From the sequence record NC_054922.1: a stretch of 64,000 nt of DNA; one strand, 5' to 3'. This stretch comes from Escherichia phage vB_EcoM_KAW1E185. Made by a program: the position numbers and the translations under genes. The notes under the pieces were generated by a model. That model had not been told where the DNA came from, did no database searches, and saw only the letters and a list, made by a program, of their open reading frames with translations. Shown here piece after piece: positions 9,923-20,815 of the stretch; the stretch's first letter is position 1, and every line of letters begins with the position of its first letter.

Positions 9923-10090
9923 CTATAGCAAAAGTTGTGTTTCATTTAATTGTTCTTCCGAACTTTCTGAAACTGGTAGTTCTTTAATGTAATTATAACA
10001 AGGCCCAGGATGTACAGGACCTTTGTCTGTTTCAACAACCAATGCAGAATCGATTGGAGTTTTACAGACAACACAAATCTTATCTGACAT
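9923..10090 (-). CDS. Small Cys-rich protein, T4 uvsY.-2-like (55 aa)
   Basis: Minus-strand ORF below the track cutoff, hand-translated as MSDKICVVCKTPIDS...; contains CxxC plus a later Cys; conserved position. Confidence 0.45.
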   Translation of the reverse strand: MSDKICVVCKTPIDSALVVETDKGPVHPGPCYNYIKELPVSESSEEQLNETQLLL

Positions 10091-10118
10091 GATTGTCTCC
10101 TCTAAATTATATATCTAT

Positions 10119-10343
10119 TTATATAACTCTCATATGCATATCAATGCCCATATCTTTAGAATAAAAATATTCATCAAGATATCCGGCAAATTTTCCTTTA
10201 ATATAAAGTACATCTTCACCGCATGGGTGGTCGGCCAGGATACGAATATCCTGACGCTTGAGATTATACTTTTTCATTAAGAATTGAATTTCCGTTTCAA
10301 ATTCTTCTTCATAATTAAAAGCATCATCAATGCTATATCTCAT
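10119..10343 (-). CDS. Hypothetical protein, T4 uvsY.-1-like
   Basis: 74-aa ORF whose start overlaps the uvsY stop. Confidence 0.55.
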   Translation of the reverse strand: MRYSIDDAFNYEEEFETEIQFLMKKYNLKRQDIRILADHPCGEDVLYIKGKFAGYLDEYFYSKDMGIDMHMRVI

Positions 10344-10756
10344 TATTTTCCAGCCTCAAATGCTCGCATGTCTTGAATATGCTTAATAGCAAATCCGCGT
10401 GATTTGATAGCATCAAGAGCTCCGCTACAGAAATCTAATAAAATCCCCCAATACTGTAACGAGGTATCAACCTTTAAAACATCCTTATCAGCTGATAGAA
10501 CTGTCTTCATTTCTGATTTCTCGTAACGATCCATACTAAATTCATCACCATCTCCTCGTCCCGAGTAGTAGTCTAATTTAGCTTTAAGAGCAACTTTTTT
10601 CTGCGCGTCAATTCTAAGCATTTCCTTTTTAATACTTGAATGCTTATTGAGCCATTTACTATATAACATCACATTATTAGCTGCTTCATACTGCAATTTA
10701 GTCGAATCTATAAACACATCTTTCTTCAATTCTTCTTGAAGATCTTCTAATTTCAT
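10343..10756 (-). CDS. uvsY: UvsY recombination mediator
   Basis: 137-aa ORF recognised as T4 UvsY. Confidence 0.9.
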   Translation of the reverse strand: MKLEDLQEELKKDVFIDSTKLQYEAANNVMLYSKWLNKHSSIKKEMLRIDAQKKVALKAKLDYYSGRGDGDEFSMDRYEKSEMKTVLSADKDVLKVDTSLQYWGILLDFCSGALDAIKSRGFAIKHIQDMRAFEAGK

Positions 10757-10796
10757 ATTGTTCTCTATTCAATTGTTATTGGATGGACTTAGATTC

Positions 10797-10822
10797 ATTA
10801 TACCACGTTTATACGTGAAGCA
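10797..10822 (-). promoter_or_regulatory. MotA-dependent middle promoter for uvsY (MotA box TGCTTCA plus -10 TATAAT)
   Basis: Minus strand reads aaTGCTTCAcgtataaacgtggTATAATg upstream of uvsY; matches the T4 middle-promoter architecture. Confidence 0.55.
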
Positions 10823-11221
10823 TTATACTCTGTTACTGGAAGCCAGTTGTAGTTTTATCTGCTCAATATCATCAGGGTTATCGATGACCGAAAAGCGTAT
10901 TTCTACTATCAGAGTATAATCATCATAAACTGGTATTACATTAACTGCTAATTTATCAATACGTGGCTCGTAGTTTCTTACTGCGCTTTCAATGTTACGC
11001 TCAACAGTATCAGCAGTAAGAGGAGTCATATTCTCAAAAAGCTGATCAGATAAATCGCATCCAAATTCTGGGTCAAATGGCCTTGACCCTTTCCTGGTTG
11101 TAATAATTCCCAAAAGGCTATTTTTAATTGACCTTAATCCAAGAGATCTGGAAACGTCTTTGTCCCAATCCATTTTCATTTCTGGGTCAATGTCAGAATA
11201 AAGCTTATTAATATTTGCCAT
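10823..11221 (-). CDS. 25: Baseplate wedge protein gp25
   Basis: 132-aa ORF; T4 gp25 length and position; start overlaps gp26 stop (TAATG). Confidence 0.9.
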   Translation of the reverse strand: MANINKLYSDIDPEMKMDWDKDVSRSLGLRSIKNSLLGIITTRKGSRPFDPEFGCDLSDQLFENMTPLTADTVERNIESAVRNYEPRIDKLAVNVIPVYDDYTLIVEIRFSVIDNPDDIEQIKLQLASSNRV

Positions 11222-11847
11222 TACAATAGCTCAAAGAATTCTTTGAGTCCTCTTATTACATGAGCGTGAGATTTTCCACACTCTGGACACTTAATTGGAA
11301 CAGCCAAATAAACAGTAGGCTTTAAAAGCATATCTTTTATAGCTACAATATCTGACTCTGTGATGATAGAATATAAATCTTCCAACTCTTTTTCATTTAA
11401 GTCTTCAATTGGAATGCTTTCACCGTTAGCATGAATCGTTTCTATACATGATACTATCATGTGGGCTATATTTTTATCATCAAAAATTTTAGGGTAATGG
11501 AACTTAATTTTAATGTCACCCAGTGTATACCAGAGGTCTTCTGGTGCATCTATTTGTGTATGTAATAGATTTATATGGGTTGGTATTTCAGTTCCGCAGG
11601 TGCACTTCCAGGAGTTTTCGTGATTAACTTCTCCAAGAGAATGTGCCCATAAATGAATCAATAGTAGTTCTGATTCTTGGCGGTTTAAATCTTTTGCATT
11701 TGTGCATTCTTTGATTAGCTTTTTAACGATCTCTTCTACTGAACCGTTCTTTTTAGCAGTAATAAGTTCTAGATATTCTTTAAGAGTAAATGCGCGACAG
11801 TTGATTATTTTAGAACCAACTCTCACATCAAATTTGTATTCATACAT
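11221..11847 (-). CDS. 26: Baseplate hub subunit gp26
   Basis: 208-aa ORF; T4 position. Confidence 0.85.
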   Translation of the reverse strand: MYEYKFDVRVGSKIINCRAFTLKEYLELITAKKNGSVEEIVKKLIKECTNAKDLNRQESELLLIHLWAHSLGEVNHENSWKCTCGTEIPTHINLLHTQIDAPEDLWYTLGDIKIKFHYPKIFDDKNIAHMIVSCIETIHANGESIPIEDLNEKELEDLYSIITESDIVAIKDMLLKPTVYLAVPIKCPECGKSHAHVIRGLKEFFELL

Positions 11848-11869
11848 ATTTAGCTCCTTTATTTATCAT

Positions 11870-11877
11870 ATTTATAA
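11870..11877 (-). promoter_or_regulatory. Late promoter TATAAATA for genes 26/25 (minus strand)
   Basis: Reverse complement of 11870-11877 is TATAAATA, upstream of the gp26 start. Confidence 0.5.
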
Positions 11878-11880
11878 ATA
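11873..11880 (+). promoter_or_regulatory. Late promoter TATAAATA for gene 51 (plus strand)
   Basis: TATAAATA 18 nt upstream of the gene 51 ATG; overlaps the divergent minus-strand late promoter. Confidence 0.55.
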
Positions 11881-11897
11881 GAATAAAAGGAGCATCT

Positions 11898-12647
11898 ATG
11901 GCAAACATTATTCGTTGTAAATTACCAGATGGTGTTCATCGTTTTAAACCATTTACGGTAGAAGATTATCGAGATTTTTTGTTAGTTCGAAACGATATAG
12001 AACATCGGTCACCACAAGAACAAAAAGAAATAATTGCTGATTTAATTGCCGATTATTTTGGAGACTATCCGAAGACTTGGCAACCATTTATATTTTTGCA
12101 GGTATTTGTAGGGTCAATAGGTAAAACTAAAGTACCGGTCACATTTGTATGTCCAAAATGTAAAAAAGAAAAGACAGTTCCATTTGAAATATATCAAAAA
12201 GAATTAAAGGAACCTGTTTTTGATGTAGCTAATGTTAAAATTAAATTAAAGTTTCCTTCTGAGTTTTATGAAAATAAAGCAAAGATGATTACTGAAAATA
12301 TTCATTCCGTTCAAGTAGATGAAATGTGGTATGATTGGAATGAAATTAGCGAATCAAGTCAAATAGAACTTGTTGATGCCATCGAGATAGAAACATTAGA
12401 AAAAATTCTCGATGCAATGAATCCTATTAATTTAACATTGCATATGTCATGTTGTAATAAGTATGTAAAAAAATACACTGATATAGTAGATGTGTTTAAG
12501 CTATTAGTTAACCCAGATGAAATATTTACTTTTTATCAAATCAATCACACGCTCGTAAAAAGTAATTATAGCTTAAATTCAATAATGAAAATGATTCCTG
12601 CTGAGCGCGGATTCGTATTAAAACTGATTGAGAAGGATAAACAATAA
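11898..12647 (+). CDS. 51: Baseplate hub assembly catalyst gp51
   Basis: 249-aa ORF; T4 position and length. Confidence 0.85.
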   Translation: MANIIRCKLPDGVHRFKPFTVEDYRDFLLVRNDIEHRSPQEQKEIIADLIADYFGDYPKTWQPFIFLQVFVGSIGKTKVPVTFVCPKCKKEKTVPFEIYQKELKEPVFDVANVKIKLKFPSEFYENKAKMITENIHSVQVDEMWYDWNEISESSQIELVDAIEIETLEKILDAMNPINLTLHMSCCNKYVKKYTDIVDVFKLLVNPDEIFTFYQINHTLVKSNYSLNSIMKMIPAERGFVLKLIEKDKQ

Positions 12648-13822
12648 TGAGTATGTTGCAACGCCCAGGATATCCAAATCTCAGCGTTAAATTATTTGAT
12701 AGCTACGACGCTTGGAGTAATAATAGATTTGTTGAATTAGCTGCTACTATTACCACATTAACTATGCGGGATTCTCTTTATGGCCGAAATGAAGGAATGC
12801 TGCAGTTTTATGATTCTAAAAATATCCATACAAAAATGGATGGAAATGAAATAATTCAGATTTCTGTAGCTAATGCAAACGATATTAATAATGTTAAAAC
12901 ACGAATTTATGGATGTAAGCATTTTTCCGTGTCAGTAGATTCAAAGGGTGATAACATCATTGCTATTGAATTGGGAACTATTCATTCTATAGAAAATCTT
13001 AAATTTGGCAGACCGTTTTTCTCTGATGCAGGTGAATCTATAAAGGAAATGCTTGGTGTCATTTATCAGGATCGCACGTTATTAACTCCATCAATAAATG
13101 CTATAAATGCTTATGTTCCTGATATTCCGTGGACTAGTACATTTGAAAACTATTTGTCATATGTTAGAGAAGTTGCTCTAGCTGTAGGAAGTGACAAATT
13201 TGTATTTGTGTGGCAAGACATCATGGGAGTTAACATGATGGACTATGATATGATGATAAATCAAGAACCATATCCAATGATTGTCGGTGAGCCATCTTTA
13301 ATAGGTCAATTTGTCCAAGAATTAAAATACCCATTAGCATATGATTTTGTTTGGTTGACTAAATCGAATCCTCACAAACGTGACCCAATGAAAAATGCTA
13401 CTATCTATGCTCATTCATTTTTAGATTCTTCACTGCCAATGATTACTACAGGAAAGGGTGAAAACTCTATTGTAGTGTCAAGGTCAGGTGCTTATTCTGA
13501 AATGACTTATAGGAATGGATATGAAGAAGCTATTCGTCTTCAAACTATGGCACAATATGACGGCTATGCTAAATGTTCTACTGTCGGTAATTTTAACTTG
13601 ACTCCTGGTGTTAAAATTATTTTTAATGATAGTAAAAACCAATTTAAAACAGAATTTTACGTTGATGAAGTTATCCATGAATTATCCAATAATAATTCAA
13701 TAACTCATCTATATATGTTCACTAATGCAACGAAACTGGAAACAATAGACCCAGTTAAGGTTAAAAATGAATTTAAATCTGATACTACCACTGAAGAAAG
13801 TAGTTCTTCCAATAAGCAATAA
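12647..13822 (+). CDS. 27: Baseplate hub protein gp27
   Basis: 391-aa ORF; T4 length; ATGA overlap with gene 51. Confidence 0.9.
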   Translation: MSMLQRPGYPNLSVKLFDSYDAWSNNRFVELAATITTLTMRDSLYGRNEGMLQFYDSKNIHTKMDGNEIIQISVANANDINNVKTRIYGCKHFSVSVDSKGDNIIAIELGTIHSIENLKFGRPFFSDAGESIKEMLGVIYQDRTLLTPSINAINAYVPDIPWTSTFENYLSYVREVALAVGSDKFVFVWQDIMGVNMMDYDMMINQEPYPMIVGEPSLIGQFVQELKYPLAYDFVWLTKSNPHKRDPMKNATIYAHSFLDSSLPMITTGKGENSIVVSRSGAYSEMTYRNGYEEAIRLQTMAQYDGYAKCSTVGNFNLTPGVKIIFNDSKNQFKTEFYVDEVIHELSNNNSITHLYMFTNATKLETIDPVKVKNEFKSDTTTEESSSSNKQ

Positions 13823-14300
13823 AGAAGTTTCTATTCCTAAAATGGGTCTTAAACATTATAACATTTTAAAAGATGTTAAAGGTCCTGATGAAAATTTAAA
13901 ACTTCTTATTGATTCTATTTGTCCGAATTTATCACCGGCAGAAGTTGATTTCGTTTCTATTCATTTATTGGAATTTAATGGAAAGATTAAATCTCGTAAA
14001 GAAATAGATGGCTATACTTATGACATTAATGATGTTTATGTATGCCAAAGATTAGAATTTCAATACCAAGGAAATACATTTTATTTTAGACCTCCTGGAA
14101 AATTTGAACAATTTTTAACGGTGAGCGATATGTTATCTAAATGCTTGCTTAAGGTCAACGATGAAGTTAAAGAAATTAATTTTCTTGAGATGCCAGCATT
14201 CGTTTTAAAATGGGCAAATGATATTTTTACAACTTTAGCAATTCCTGGCCCTAATGGTCCAATAACTGGAATTGGCAATATTATTGGATTATTTGAATGA
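13767..14300 (+). CDS. 28: Baseplate hub distal subunit gp28
   Basis: 177-aa ORF overlapping the gp27 3' end; T4 length. Confidence 0.8.
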   Translation: MNLNLILPLKKVVLPISNKEVSIPKMGLKHYNILKDVKGPDENLKLLIDSICPNLSPAEVDFVSIHLLEFNGKIKSRKEIDGYTYDINDVYVCQRLEFQYQGNTFYFRPPGKFEQFLTVSDMLSKCLLKVNDEVKEINFLEMPAFVLKWANDIFTTLAIPGPNGPITGIGNIIGLFE

Positions 14301-16069
14301 AAAAGCCACAAGAAATGCAAACGATGCGTAGAAAAGTTATTTCAGATAATAAACCAACACAGGAAGCGGCTAAATCCGCTTCCAACACTTTATCTGGACT
14401 TAATGACATATCTACGAAATTGGATGATGCTCAAGCTGCTTCTGAATTAATTGCTCAAACTGTCGAAGAAAAATCGAATGAAATAATTGGAGCAATTGAC
14501 AATGTAGAAAGCGCAGTGAGTGATACTACTGCCGGTTCTGAGTTAATTGCTGAAACTGTCGAAATTGGCAACAATATTAATAAAGAAATCGGTGAATCGC
14601 TCGGAAGCAAATTAGATAAATTAACAAGTTTACTAGAGCAAAAAATCCAGACAGCCGGAATTCAACAAACAGGAACTAGTTTAGCTACGGTTGAAAGCGC
14701 TATTCCTGTTAAAGTTGTTGAGGACGATACAGCTGAATCTGTGGGTCCTTTATTACCGGCTCCTGAAGCAGTTAATAATGATCCTGATGCTGATTTTTTC
14801 CCTACCCCTCAGCCAGTTGAACCTAAACAAGAATCGCCAGAAGAAAAACAGAAAAAAGACGCATTTAACTTAAAATTATCTCAAGCTTTAGATAAATTAA
14901 CAAAGACTGTTGATTTCGGATTTAAGAAATCTATTTCAATTACTGATAAAATATCAAGCATGCTATTTAAGTATACCGTCAGTGCTGCTATTGAAGCTGC
15001 TAAAATGACTGCAATGATATTGGCTGTTGTTGTTGGAATAGATCTGCTGATGGTTCATTTCAAATATTGGTCAGATAAATTTTCACAGGCTTGGGATTTG
15101 TTTAGTTCAAACTTTACTAAATTCTCTAGCGAAACCGGAACATGGGGTCCTTTATTACAGAGCATCTTTAGTTCTATTGATGAAATTAAAAAATTCTGGG
15201 AAGAGGGAGATTGGGGCGGTTTGACGGTAGCTATTGTAGAAGGGCTTGGAAAGGTTCTTTATAATTTAGGAGAACTTATTCAGCTTGGAATGGCTAAATT
15301 ATCTGCTGCAATTCTTCGAGTCATTCCTGGCATGAAGGATACCGCTGATGAAGTAGAAGGAAGAGCACTAGAAAATTTCCAAAATTCTACTGGAGCATCT
15401 CTCAATAAAGAAGACCAGGAAAAAGTTGCAAATTATCAAGATAAACGAATGAACGGAGACCTTGGTCCGATAGCAAAAGGATTAGATAAAATTGCTAATT
15501 GGAAAACTCGTGCATCTAACTGGATTCGTGGCGTTGATAATAAAGAAGCACTAACTACCGACGAAGAACGTGCAGCAGAAGAAGAAAAATTAAAGCAACT
15601 TTCACCAGAAGAAAGAAAAAATGCTTTAATGAAGGCTAATGAAGCCCGTGCCGCGATGATTCGTTTTGAAAAATACGCTGATTCGGCTGATATGAGTAAA
15701 GACTCAACGGTTAAATCAGTTGAAGCTGCCTATGAAGACCTTAAAAAACGGATGGATGACCCGGATTTAAATAATTCACCGGCAGTTAAAAAAGAACTTG
15801 CTGCTAGATTTTCTAAAATTGATGCTACTTATCAAGAGCTCAAGAAAAATCAGCCTAATGCCAAACCTGAAACTTCTGCTAAATCGCCAGAAGCAAAACA
15901 AGTCCAGGTAATAGAAAAGAACAAAGCACAGCAAGCTCCTGTTCAACAAGCATCTCCTTCAATCAATAATACTAATAATGTTATTAAGAAAAATACTGTC
16001 GTTCATAATATGACACCCGTAACGAGCACGACTGCTCCTGGTGTATTTGATGCGACCGGAGTTAATTAA
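14297..16069 (+). CDS. 29: Baseplate hub / tail-length determinator gp29
   Basis: 590-aa ORF; T4 length and position. Confidence 0.85.
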   Translation: MKKPQEMQTMRRKVISDNKPTQEAAKSASNTLSGLNDISTKLDDAQAASELIAQTVEEKSNEIIGAIDNVESAVSDTTAGSELIAETVEIGNNINKEIGESLGSKLDKLTSLLEQKIQTAGIQQTGTSLATVESAIPVKVVEDDTAESVGPLLPAPEAVNNDPDADFFPTPQPVEPKQESPEEKQKKDAFNLKLSQALDKLTKTVDFGFKKSISITDKISSMLFKYTVSAAIEAAKMTAMILAVVVGIDLLMVHFKYWSDKFSQAWDLFSSNFTKFSSETGTWGPLLQSIFSSIDEIKKFWEEGDWGGLTVAIVEGLGKVLYNLGELIQLGMAKLSAAILRVIPGMKDTADEVEGRALENFQNSTGASLNKEDQEKVANYQDKRMNGDLGPIAKGLDKIANWKTRASNWIRGVDNKEALTTDEERAAEEEKLKQLSPEERKNALMKANEARAAMIRFEKYADSADMSKDSTVKSVEAAYEDLKKRMDDPDLNNSPAVKKELAARFSKIDATYQELKKNQPNAKPETSAKSPEAKQVQVIEKNKAQQAPVQQASPSINNTNNVIKKNTVVHNMTPVTSTTAPGVFDATGVN

Positions 16070-16077
16070 GGAATAAT

Positions 16078-17172
16078 ATGGCAATTGTTAAAGAAATAAC
16101 TGCTGATTTAATTAAAAAGTCCGGTGAGAAAATTTCAGCCGGACAGAGTACTAAATCAGAAGTAGCAACTAAAACATACACTGCCCAGTTTCCAACTGGG
16201 CGTGCTAGTGGTAATGACACTACAGGGGACTTCCAGGTAACAGATCTATATAAGAATGGATTATTATTTACTGCATACAATATGTCATCTAGGGATTCTG
16301 GAAGTCTTAGATCGATGAGATCTAACTACTCTTCTTCATCTTCGAGTATTTTAAGTACAGCTAGAAACACTATTAGTAGTACAGTATCAAAACTATCAAA
16401 TGGATTAATATCAAACAATAATTCAGGAACAATAAGTAAAGCTCCTGTCGCAAACATTCTTTTACCGAGATCTAAATCTGACGTTGATACGTCATCACAC
16501 AGATTTAATGATGTTCAAGAAAGTCTTATCAGCAGAGGCGGAGGTACTGCTACTGGCGTGTTAAGTAATATTGCTTCAACTGCAGTATTTGGGGCACTGG
16601 AAAGTATAACACAAGGTATAATGGCTGATAATAATGAACAGATTTATACGACAGCCAGAAGTATGTATGGCGGTGCTGAGAATAGAACTAAAGTGTTTAC
16701 ATGGGATTTGACACCACGTTCAACAGAAGATTTGATGGCTATTATTAATATCTATCAGTATTTTAACTATTTTTCTTATGGTGAAACGGGCAAATCTCAA
16801 TATGCTGCTGAAATAAAGGGGTATTTAGATGATTGGTATCGTTCTACATTAATTGAACCTTTATCTCCGGAAGACGCGGCTAAAAATAAAACACTATTTG
16901 AGAAAATGACATCGAGTTTAACTAACGTTCTAGTAGTTTCAAACCCGACAATTTGGATGGTGAAAAACTTTGGCGCAACATCTAAGTTTGATGGAAAAAC
17001 GGAAATATTTGGCCCATGCCAAATACAGAGCATCAGATTTGATAAAACACCTAATGGTAACTTTAACGGATTAGCTATTGCTCCAAACCTCCCTAGTACA
17101 TTTACTCTTGAGATTACTATGAGAGAAATTATCACGTTAAACCGTGCTTCTTTATATGCGGGGACTTTTTAA
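16078..17172 (+). CDS. 48: Baseplate tail-tube junction protein gp48
   Basis: 364-aa ORF; T4 length and position. Confidence 0.85.
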   Translation: MAIVKEITADLIKKSGEKISAGQSTKSEVATKTYTAQFPTGRASGNDTTGDFQVTDLYKNGLLFTAYNMSSRDSGSLRSMRSNYSSSSSSILSTARNTISSTVSKLSNGLISNNNSGTISKAPVANILLPRSKSDVDTSSHRFNDVQESLISRGGGTATGVLSNIASTAVFGALESITQGIMADNNEQIYTTARSMYGGAENRTKVFTWDLTPRSTEDLMAIINIYQYFNYFSYGETGKSQYAAEIKGYLDDWYRSTLIEPLSPEDAAKNKTLFEKMTSSLTNVLVVSNPTIWMVKNFGATSKFDGKTEIFGPCQIQSIRFDKTPNGNFNGLAIAPNLPSTFTLEITMREIITLNRASLYAGTF

Positions 17173-18137
17173 TGTATTCTTTAGAGGAATTTAATAATCA
17201 AGCAATAAACGCAGATTTTCAACGTAATAATATGTTTAGCTGCGTTTTTGCGACAACTCCATCAACTAAAAGCTCTTCGTTGATAAGTTCAATTAGTAAC
17301 TTTTCTTATAATAACTTGGGTCTAAATTCAGATTGGTTAGGATTGACTCAAGGCGATATTAATCAGGGAATTACCACGCTAATTACTGCTGGCACACAAA
17401 AACTGATAAGAAAATCAGGGGTTAGTAAATATCTTATTGGTGCCATGAGTCAACGTACAGTTCAAAGTTTATTGGGCTCATTTACAGTTGGTACATATTT
17501 AATTGACTTCTTTAACATGGCATATAACTCATCTGGATTGATGATATATTCTGTAAAAATGCCAGAGAATAGATTATCCTATGAAACTGACTGGAACTAT
17601 AATTCTCCTAATATTCGTATAACTGGGAGAGAATTAGACCCTTTGGTTATTTCATTTAGGATGGATTCAGAAGCTTGTAACTATCGTGCGATGCAAGACT
17701 GGGTTAACGCTGTTCAAGACCCAGTAACTGGATTGCGTGCTTTGCCACAAGATGTCGAGGCAGATATTCAGGTTAATCTTCATGCTCGTAATGGATTACC
17801 TCATACTGCGGTGATGTTCACTGGATGCATTCCAGTGTCAGTGAGCGCTCCTGAGTTATCATATGATGGAGATAACCAAATAACTACATTTGATGTTACT
17901 TTTGCGTATAGAGTCATGCAGGCTGGGTCGGTTGATAGACAAGCTGCGCTTGAGTGGCTTGAATCTGCTGCTATAAATGGCATTCAAAGCGTTCTCGGAA
18001 ATAGTGGAGGTGTTACTGGATTATCTAATTCGCTTTCACGACTTAGTAGATTAGGGGGAACTGCTGGAAGCATTTCAAACATTAATACTATGACAGGAAT
18101 TGTCAATTCGCAAAGTAAAATATTAGGAGCAATATAA
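17172..18137 (+). CDS. 54: Baseplate tail-tube initiator gp54
   Basis: 321-aa ORF; ATGA overlap with gp48; T4 position. Confidence 0.85.
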   Translation: MYSLEEFNNQAINADFQRNNMFSCVFATTPSTKSSSLISSISNFSYNNLGLNSDWLGLTQGDINQGITTLITAGTQKLIRKSGVSKYLIGAMSQRTVQSLLGSFTVGTYLIDFFNMAYNSSGLMIYSVKMPENRLSYETDWNYNSPNIRITGRELDPLVISFRMDSEACNYRAMQDWVNAVQDPVTGLRALPQDVEADIQVNLHARNGLPHTAVMFTGCIPVSVSAPELSYDGDNQITTFDVTFAYRVMQAGSVDRQAALEWLESAAINGIQSVLGNSGGVTGLSNSLSRLSRLGGTAGSISNINTMTGIVNSQSKILGAI

Positions 18138-18140
18138 CAA

Positions 18141-18160
18141 TGGGGACCGAAAGGTCCCCA
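18141..18160. terminator. Bidirectional terminator hairpin between gp54 and the alt-region ORF
   Basis: TGGGGACC-GAAA-GGTCCCCA 8-bp stem followed by T-run on plus strand. Confidence 0.6.
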
Positions 18161-18165
18161 TATTT

Positions 18166-18456
18166 TTATTTACGGAATGAAATAAAAGCAGCAACTGAAG
18201 CAACTAAACTGTCTTCAATATAAACTTCAATTTTTACCGGAGCTTCTGACTCAAATTTACCTGTTACTACACCTTGGAAAATGCTTTCAGTCTGCTCTGG
18301 CTTTGAAAAATTTTCAGAAGGAAAAATTCCGAACTTTTTATCTGTTCCAAAAATTTTGATAAATTCATCATAAACTGCTTCATTAAAAGCATTATCAGCA
18401 GGAATAACGCCTTCAACTACAAGTTCTTGACCTAAAAAGCGCAAAGAAGATTTCAT
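18166..18456 (-). CDS. Hypothetical protein, T4 alt.-3/alt.-1-like
   Basis: 96-aa ORF between gp54 and alt. Confidence 0.5.
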   Translation of the reverse strand: MKSSLRFLGQELVVEGVIPADNAFNEAVYDEFIKIFGTDKKFGIFPSENFSKPEQTESIFQGVVTGKFESEAPVKIEVYIEDSLVASVAAFISFRK

Positions 18457-18487
18457 TTTGTGTTCCTCATGTTATGTAAGTAAAATT

Positions 18488-18517
18488 ATTATAACACAAC
18501 ACGAGGGACTTGTAAAC
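18488..18517 (-). promoter_or_regulatory. Sigma70-type early promoter (-35 GTTTAC, 17-nt spacer, -10 TATAAT)
   Basis: Minus strand GTTTAC-aagtccctcgtgttgtg-TTATAAT; the 23-mer including the -35 and spacer is identical to one at 32212-32234. Confidence 0.5.
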
Positions 18518-20574
18518 TACATCTTAAACTTTTTAGACATTCCGTCGATGTTAACCAAAGAAGCTAAGATTTGAGAAACTTCGTTTTCCTCTTCTTTTGA
18601 TTCTTCTACAAGGAATTGATTAAATCCAGTCATTGGACGAACTTCACCAGTTTCCATCAGATGGTCGCCATCATATACCGATTCTTCTAATTGTTCAGAA
18701 GGAGGAACGATTGTGCCTTCGATTAAATACTTGTTATAAGCAGTTTCTTTCATCATGTACGTGCTCACTTTATTAATCTTCAGCAAAATTCCACGCGGTA
18801 GAATAACTTCAGCTTCTGTTGCTATTCCGAGACTTCCTGGATATACAACATTAACTTTATGAGCTCCATCAATTGCCCATCCTATTTGAACTTTAACGTA
18901 TTCAGGATTTTCTTTATACGCTCTTATTTCGTTTGGATTAATAGTTATTCCTTCTTCATTTTTATCAACCGTTAATTCGTTACGAGCTTCTGGTTCTAAA
19001 AGACCAATACCAGCATGTGTAATTCCAAAACGCCCAAAAATGATAGGAGTTAAAGAAGTAGATACAAAATTTCTGAAATAGAACACTTTATTTTTAACTA
19101 GCGCTTCGTATATAGGAGCAGTCATACTTTGAGCACGATAAACTGTAATGCCTTCCGGTATGCGGTCACCATTTTCAAAAGCTGAATCTAAATTATTTAT
19201 AGCAGATTCAATTTCTTTTTCACTCATTACATCATATCGTTCTGGATTGTAACGACCTAAAAGAAGATTATTGATGTCAGTATATCCTGAACCACAATAC
19301 TCTCTAATGCCGCGCTTTTGTGATGGAGTATATTTAGAACCATCACGGGCAATAGTAATATCAATCATTGGACCTGCACCAATTCCAGAAAAACTATAAA
19401 TCATTCTTTTGAGGAATTTAGTTTTTGCTGCGTTCCAGGAATTTTTAGTCATTTCTTCCCAGACTTCATCTGGCTGCCCTTTACGAGTTTTATTATGTTT
19501 ATCAAGCCAATTATCTTTATATTCTTCAAAGAGTTGATTAACAGCTGCTGCGTATTTCTCTAAACATTTTATTGAAGTAGTTGGTTCATTTTTAATCGCA
19601 TTAAGAATTACATCTTTAATTTTTTCAGAAACTTCATTAACCTCACTTTTTGAAAAGAATTTATAGTCATAATGAAGTTCATTCGCAGTTCCTTCGGCAA
19701 TAATTTTTGCTGCCTTAGTTTTAGAAGCTAATGAATTAATTCCAAGCTTCATTTCTTCTGCTTCGGGAATTAAAGGAGCGGTAGCAGGTTTATTGAAATT
19801 AGCTGCGGTAGATTCATACTTCTGGAATAATTCACTTTCAAATCTAGAAGATTCCAATGATTGACTTTGCGCAATTGCTCTACGGGAAATTTTAACTTTA
19901 ACGATTACAGCTTGGTCAGAACGTTTATCATTTTCTTGTGCAATAGATGCTGCAATTGCCTCATTTTTAGTTACTTGAGCTCCAGTATCTTTATTGATAT
20001 AAACATCGCCGACTTTCGATTCAACTTTAGTAAAGAGCTCGGTACTAATTTCCGGAACTCCTGGAATGTCTTCTAGTGATACATTTTTGCGATGTATAAG
20101 AATATATGCATACTTTTTATCATAATCCCAGAGTTCCTTAAGAAGGACGTATCTGCCACCTGAACGACTACGGATAAGTCTATCAGCAATAACTTGAATT
20201 TGTCGAGCTTGACCAGCGGTTTTAGACTTAAGAATACGAAGCATACAAGCATCAATTTTATACTGACGCATTGTTTGCATTGCAACAGTAAAAACTGAAT
20301 TGATATAATTAATTGGGCTTGGACCGAGACCTTTTAATTTAGCAATTGAACCTTTGGCAGTTAATGTAAAAGGAACAATATGCATCATTTTATCGCCCAT
20401 CTTTAAATCGCGATTAGTATCACCTCCAGATGTATAGGTGCATAAACGAAAGCCTGGTTGTTCAATTGCATCATCAACACGAACTGAAAAAATTTGTGGT
20501 ATTTTCTTCTTTGGATTTAAGTTTGTAATCGGAAGAGTAGTATCTTCGTCAAATAATTCTGTAATGAGTTCCAT
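18517..20574 (-). CDS. alt: Alt, packaged ADP-ribosyltransferase
   Basis: About 685-aa ORF recognised as T4 Alt; start placed at the second Met to match the T4 N-terminus MELITELF. Confidence 0.88.
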   Translation of the reverse strand: MELITELFDEDTTLPITNLNPKKKIPQIFSVRVDDAIEQPGFRLCTYTSGGDTNRDLKMGDKMMHIVPFTLTAKGSIAKLKGLGPSPINYINSVFTVAMQTMRQYKIDACMLRILKSKTAGQARQIQVIADRLIRSRSGGRYVLLKELWDYDKKYAYILIHRKNVSLEDIPGVPEISTELFTKVESKVGDVYINKDTGAQVTKNEAIAASIAQENDKRSDQAVIVKVKISRRAIAQSQSLESSRFESELFQKYESTAANFNKPATAPLIPEAEEMKLGINSLASKTKAAKIIAEGTANELHYDYKFFSKSEVNEVSEKIKDVILNAIKNEPTTSIKCLEKYAAAVNQLFEEYKDNWLDKHNKTRKGQPDEVWEEMTKNSWNAAKTKFLKRMIYSFSGIGAGPMIDITIARDGSKYTPSQKRGIREYCGSGYTDINNLLLGRYNPERYDVMSEKEIESAINNLDSAFENGDRIPEGITVYRAQSMTAPIYEALVKNKVFYFRNFVSTSLTPIIFGRFGITHAGIGLLEPEARNELTVDKNEEGITINPNEIRAYKENPEYVKVQIGWAIDGAHKVNVVYPGSLGIATEAEVILPRGILLKINKVSTYMMKETAYNKYLIEGTIVPPSEQLEESVYDGDHLMETGEVRPMTGFNQFLVEESKEEENEVSQILASLVNIDGMSKKFKM

Positions 20575-20610
20575 CATATCCTCTCTAGTGTTTATTCTAT
20601 TTATAAAATT

Positions 20611-20628
20611 AAAGGCCCGAAGGCCTTT
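20611..20628 (-). promoter_or_regulatory. C(UUCG)G stem-loop between alt.1 and alt
   Basis: Minus-strand AAAGGCC-UUCG-GGCCUUU hairpin. Confidence 0.4.
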
Positions 20629-20815
20629 AATAATCTATTGGTAAGAGAGTACGATATATTTCAAACTTTGGACCTTTTTCATAGGCATCAAATGTTTCTG
20701 TGAATTTATTATAAGCATATGCATCTATAAATTCAATCATAATTTGTGATACAGAAGTAGAAACATCTCCACCTTCTTTTTGAGCAACGACAATTGTTTC
20801 TAAGTAAGCTTTCAT
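20627..20815 (-). CDS. Hypothetical protein, T4 alt.1-like
   Basis: 62-aa ORF, start overlapping gene 30 stop. Confidence 0.5.
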   Translation of the reverse strand: MKAYLETIVVAQKEGGDVSTSVSQIMIEFIDAYAYNKFTETFDAYEKGPKFEIYRTLLPIDY

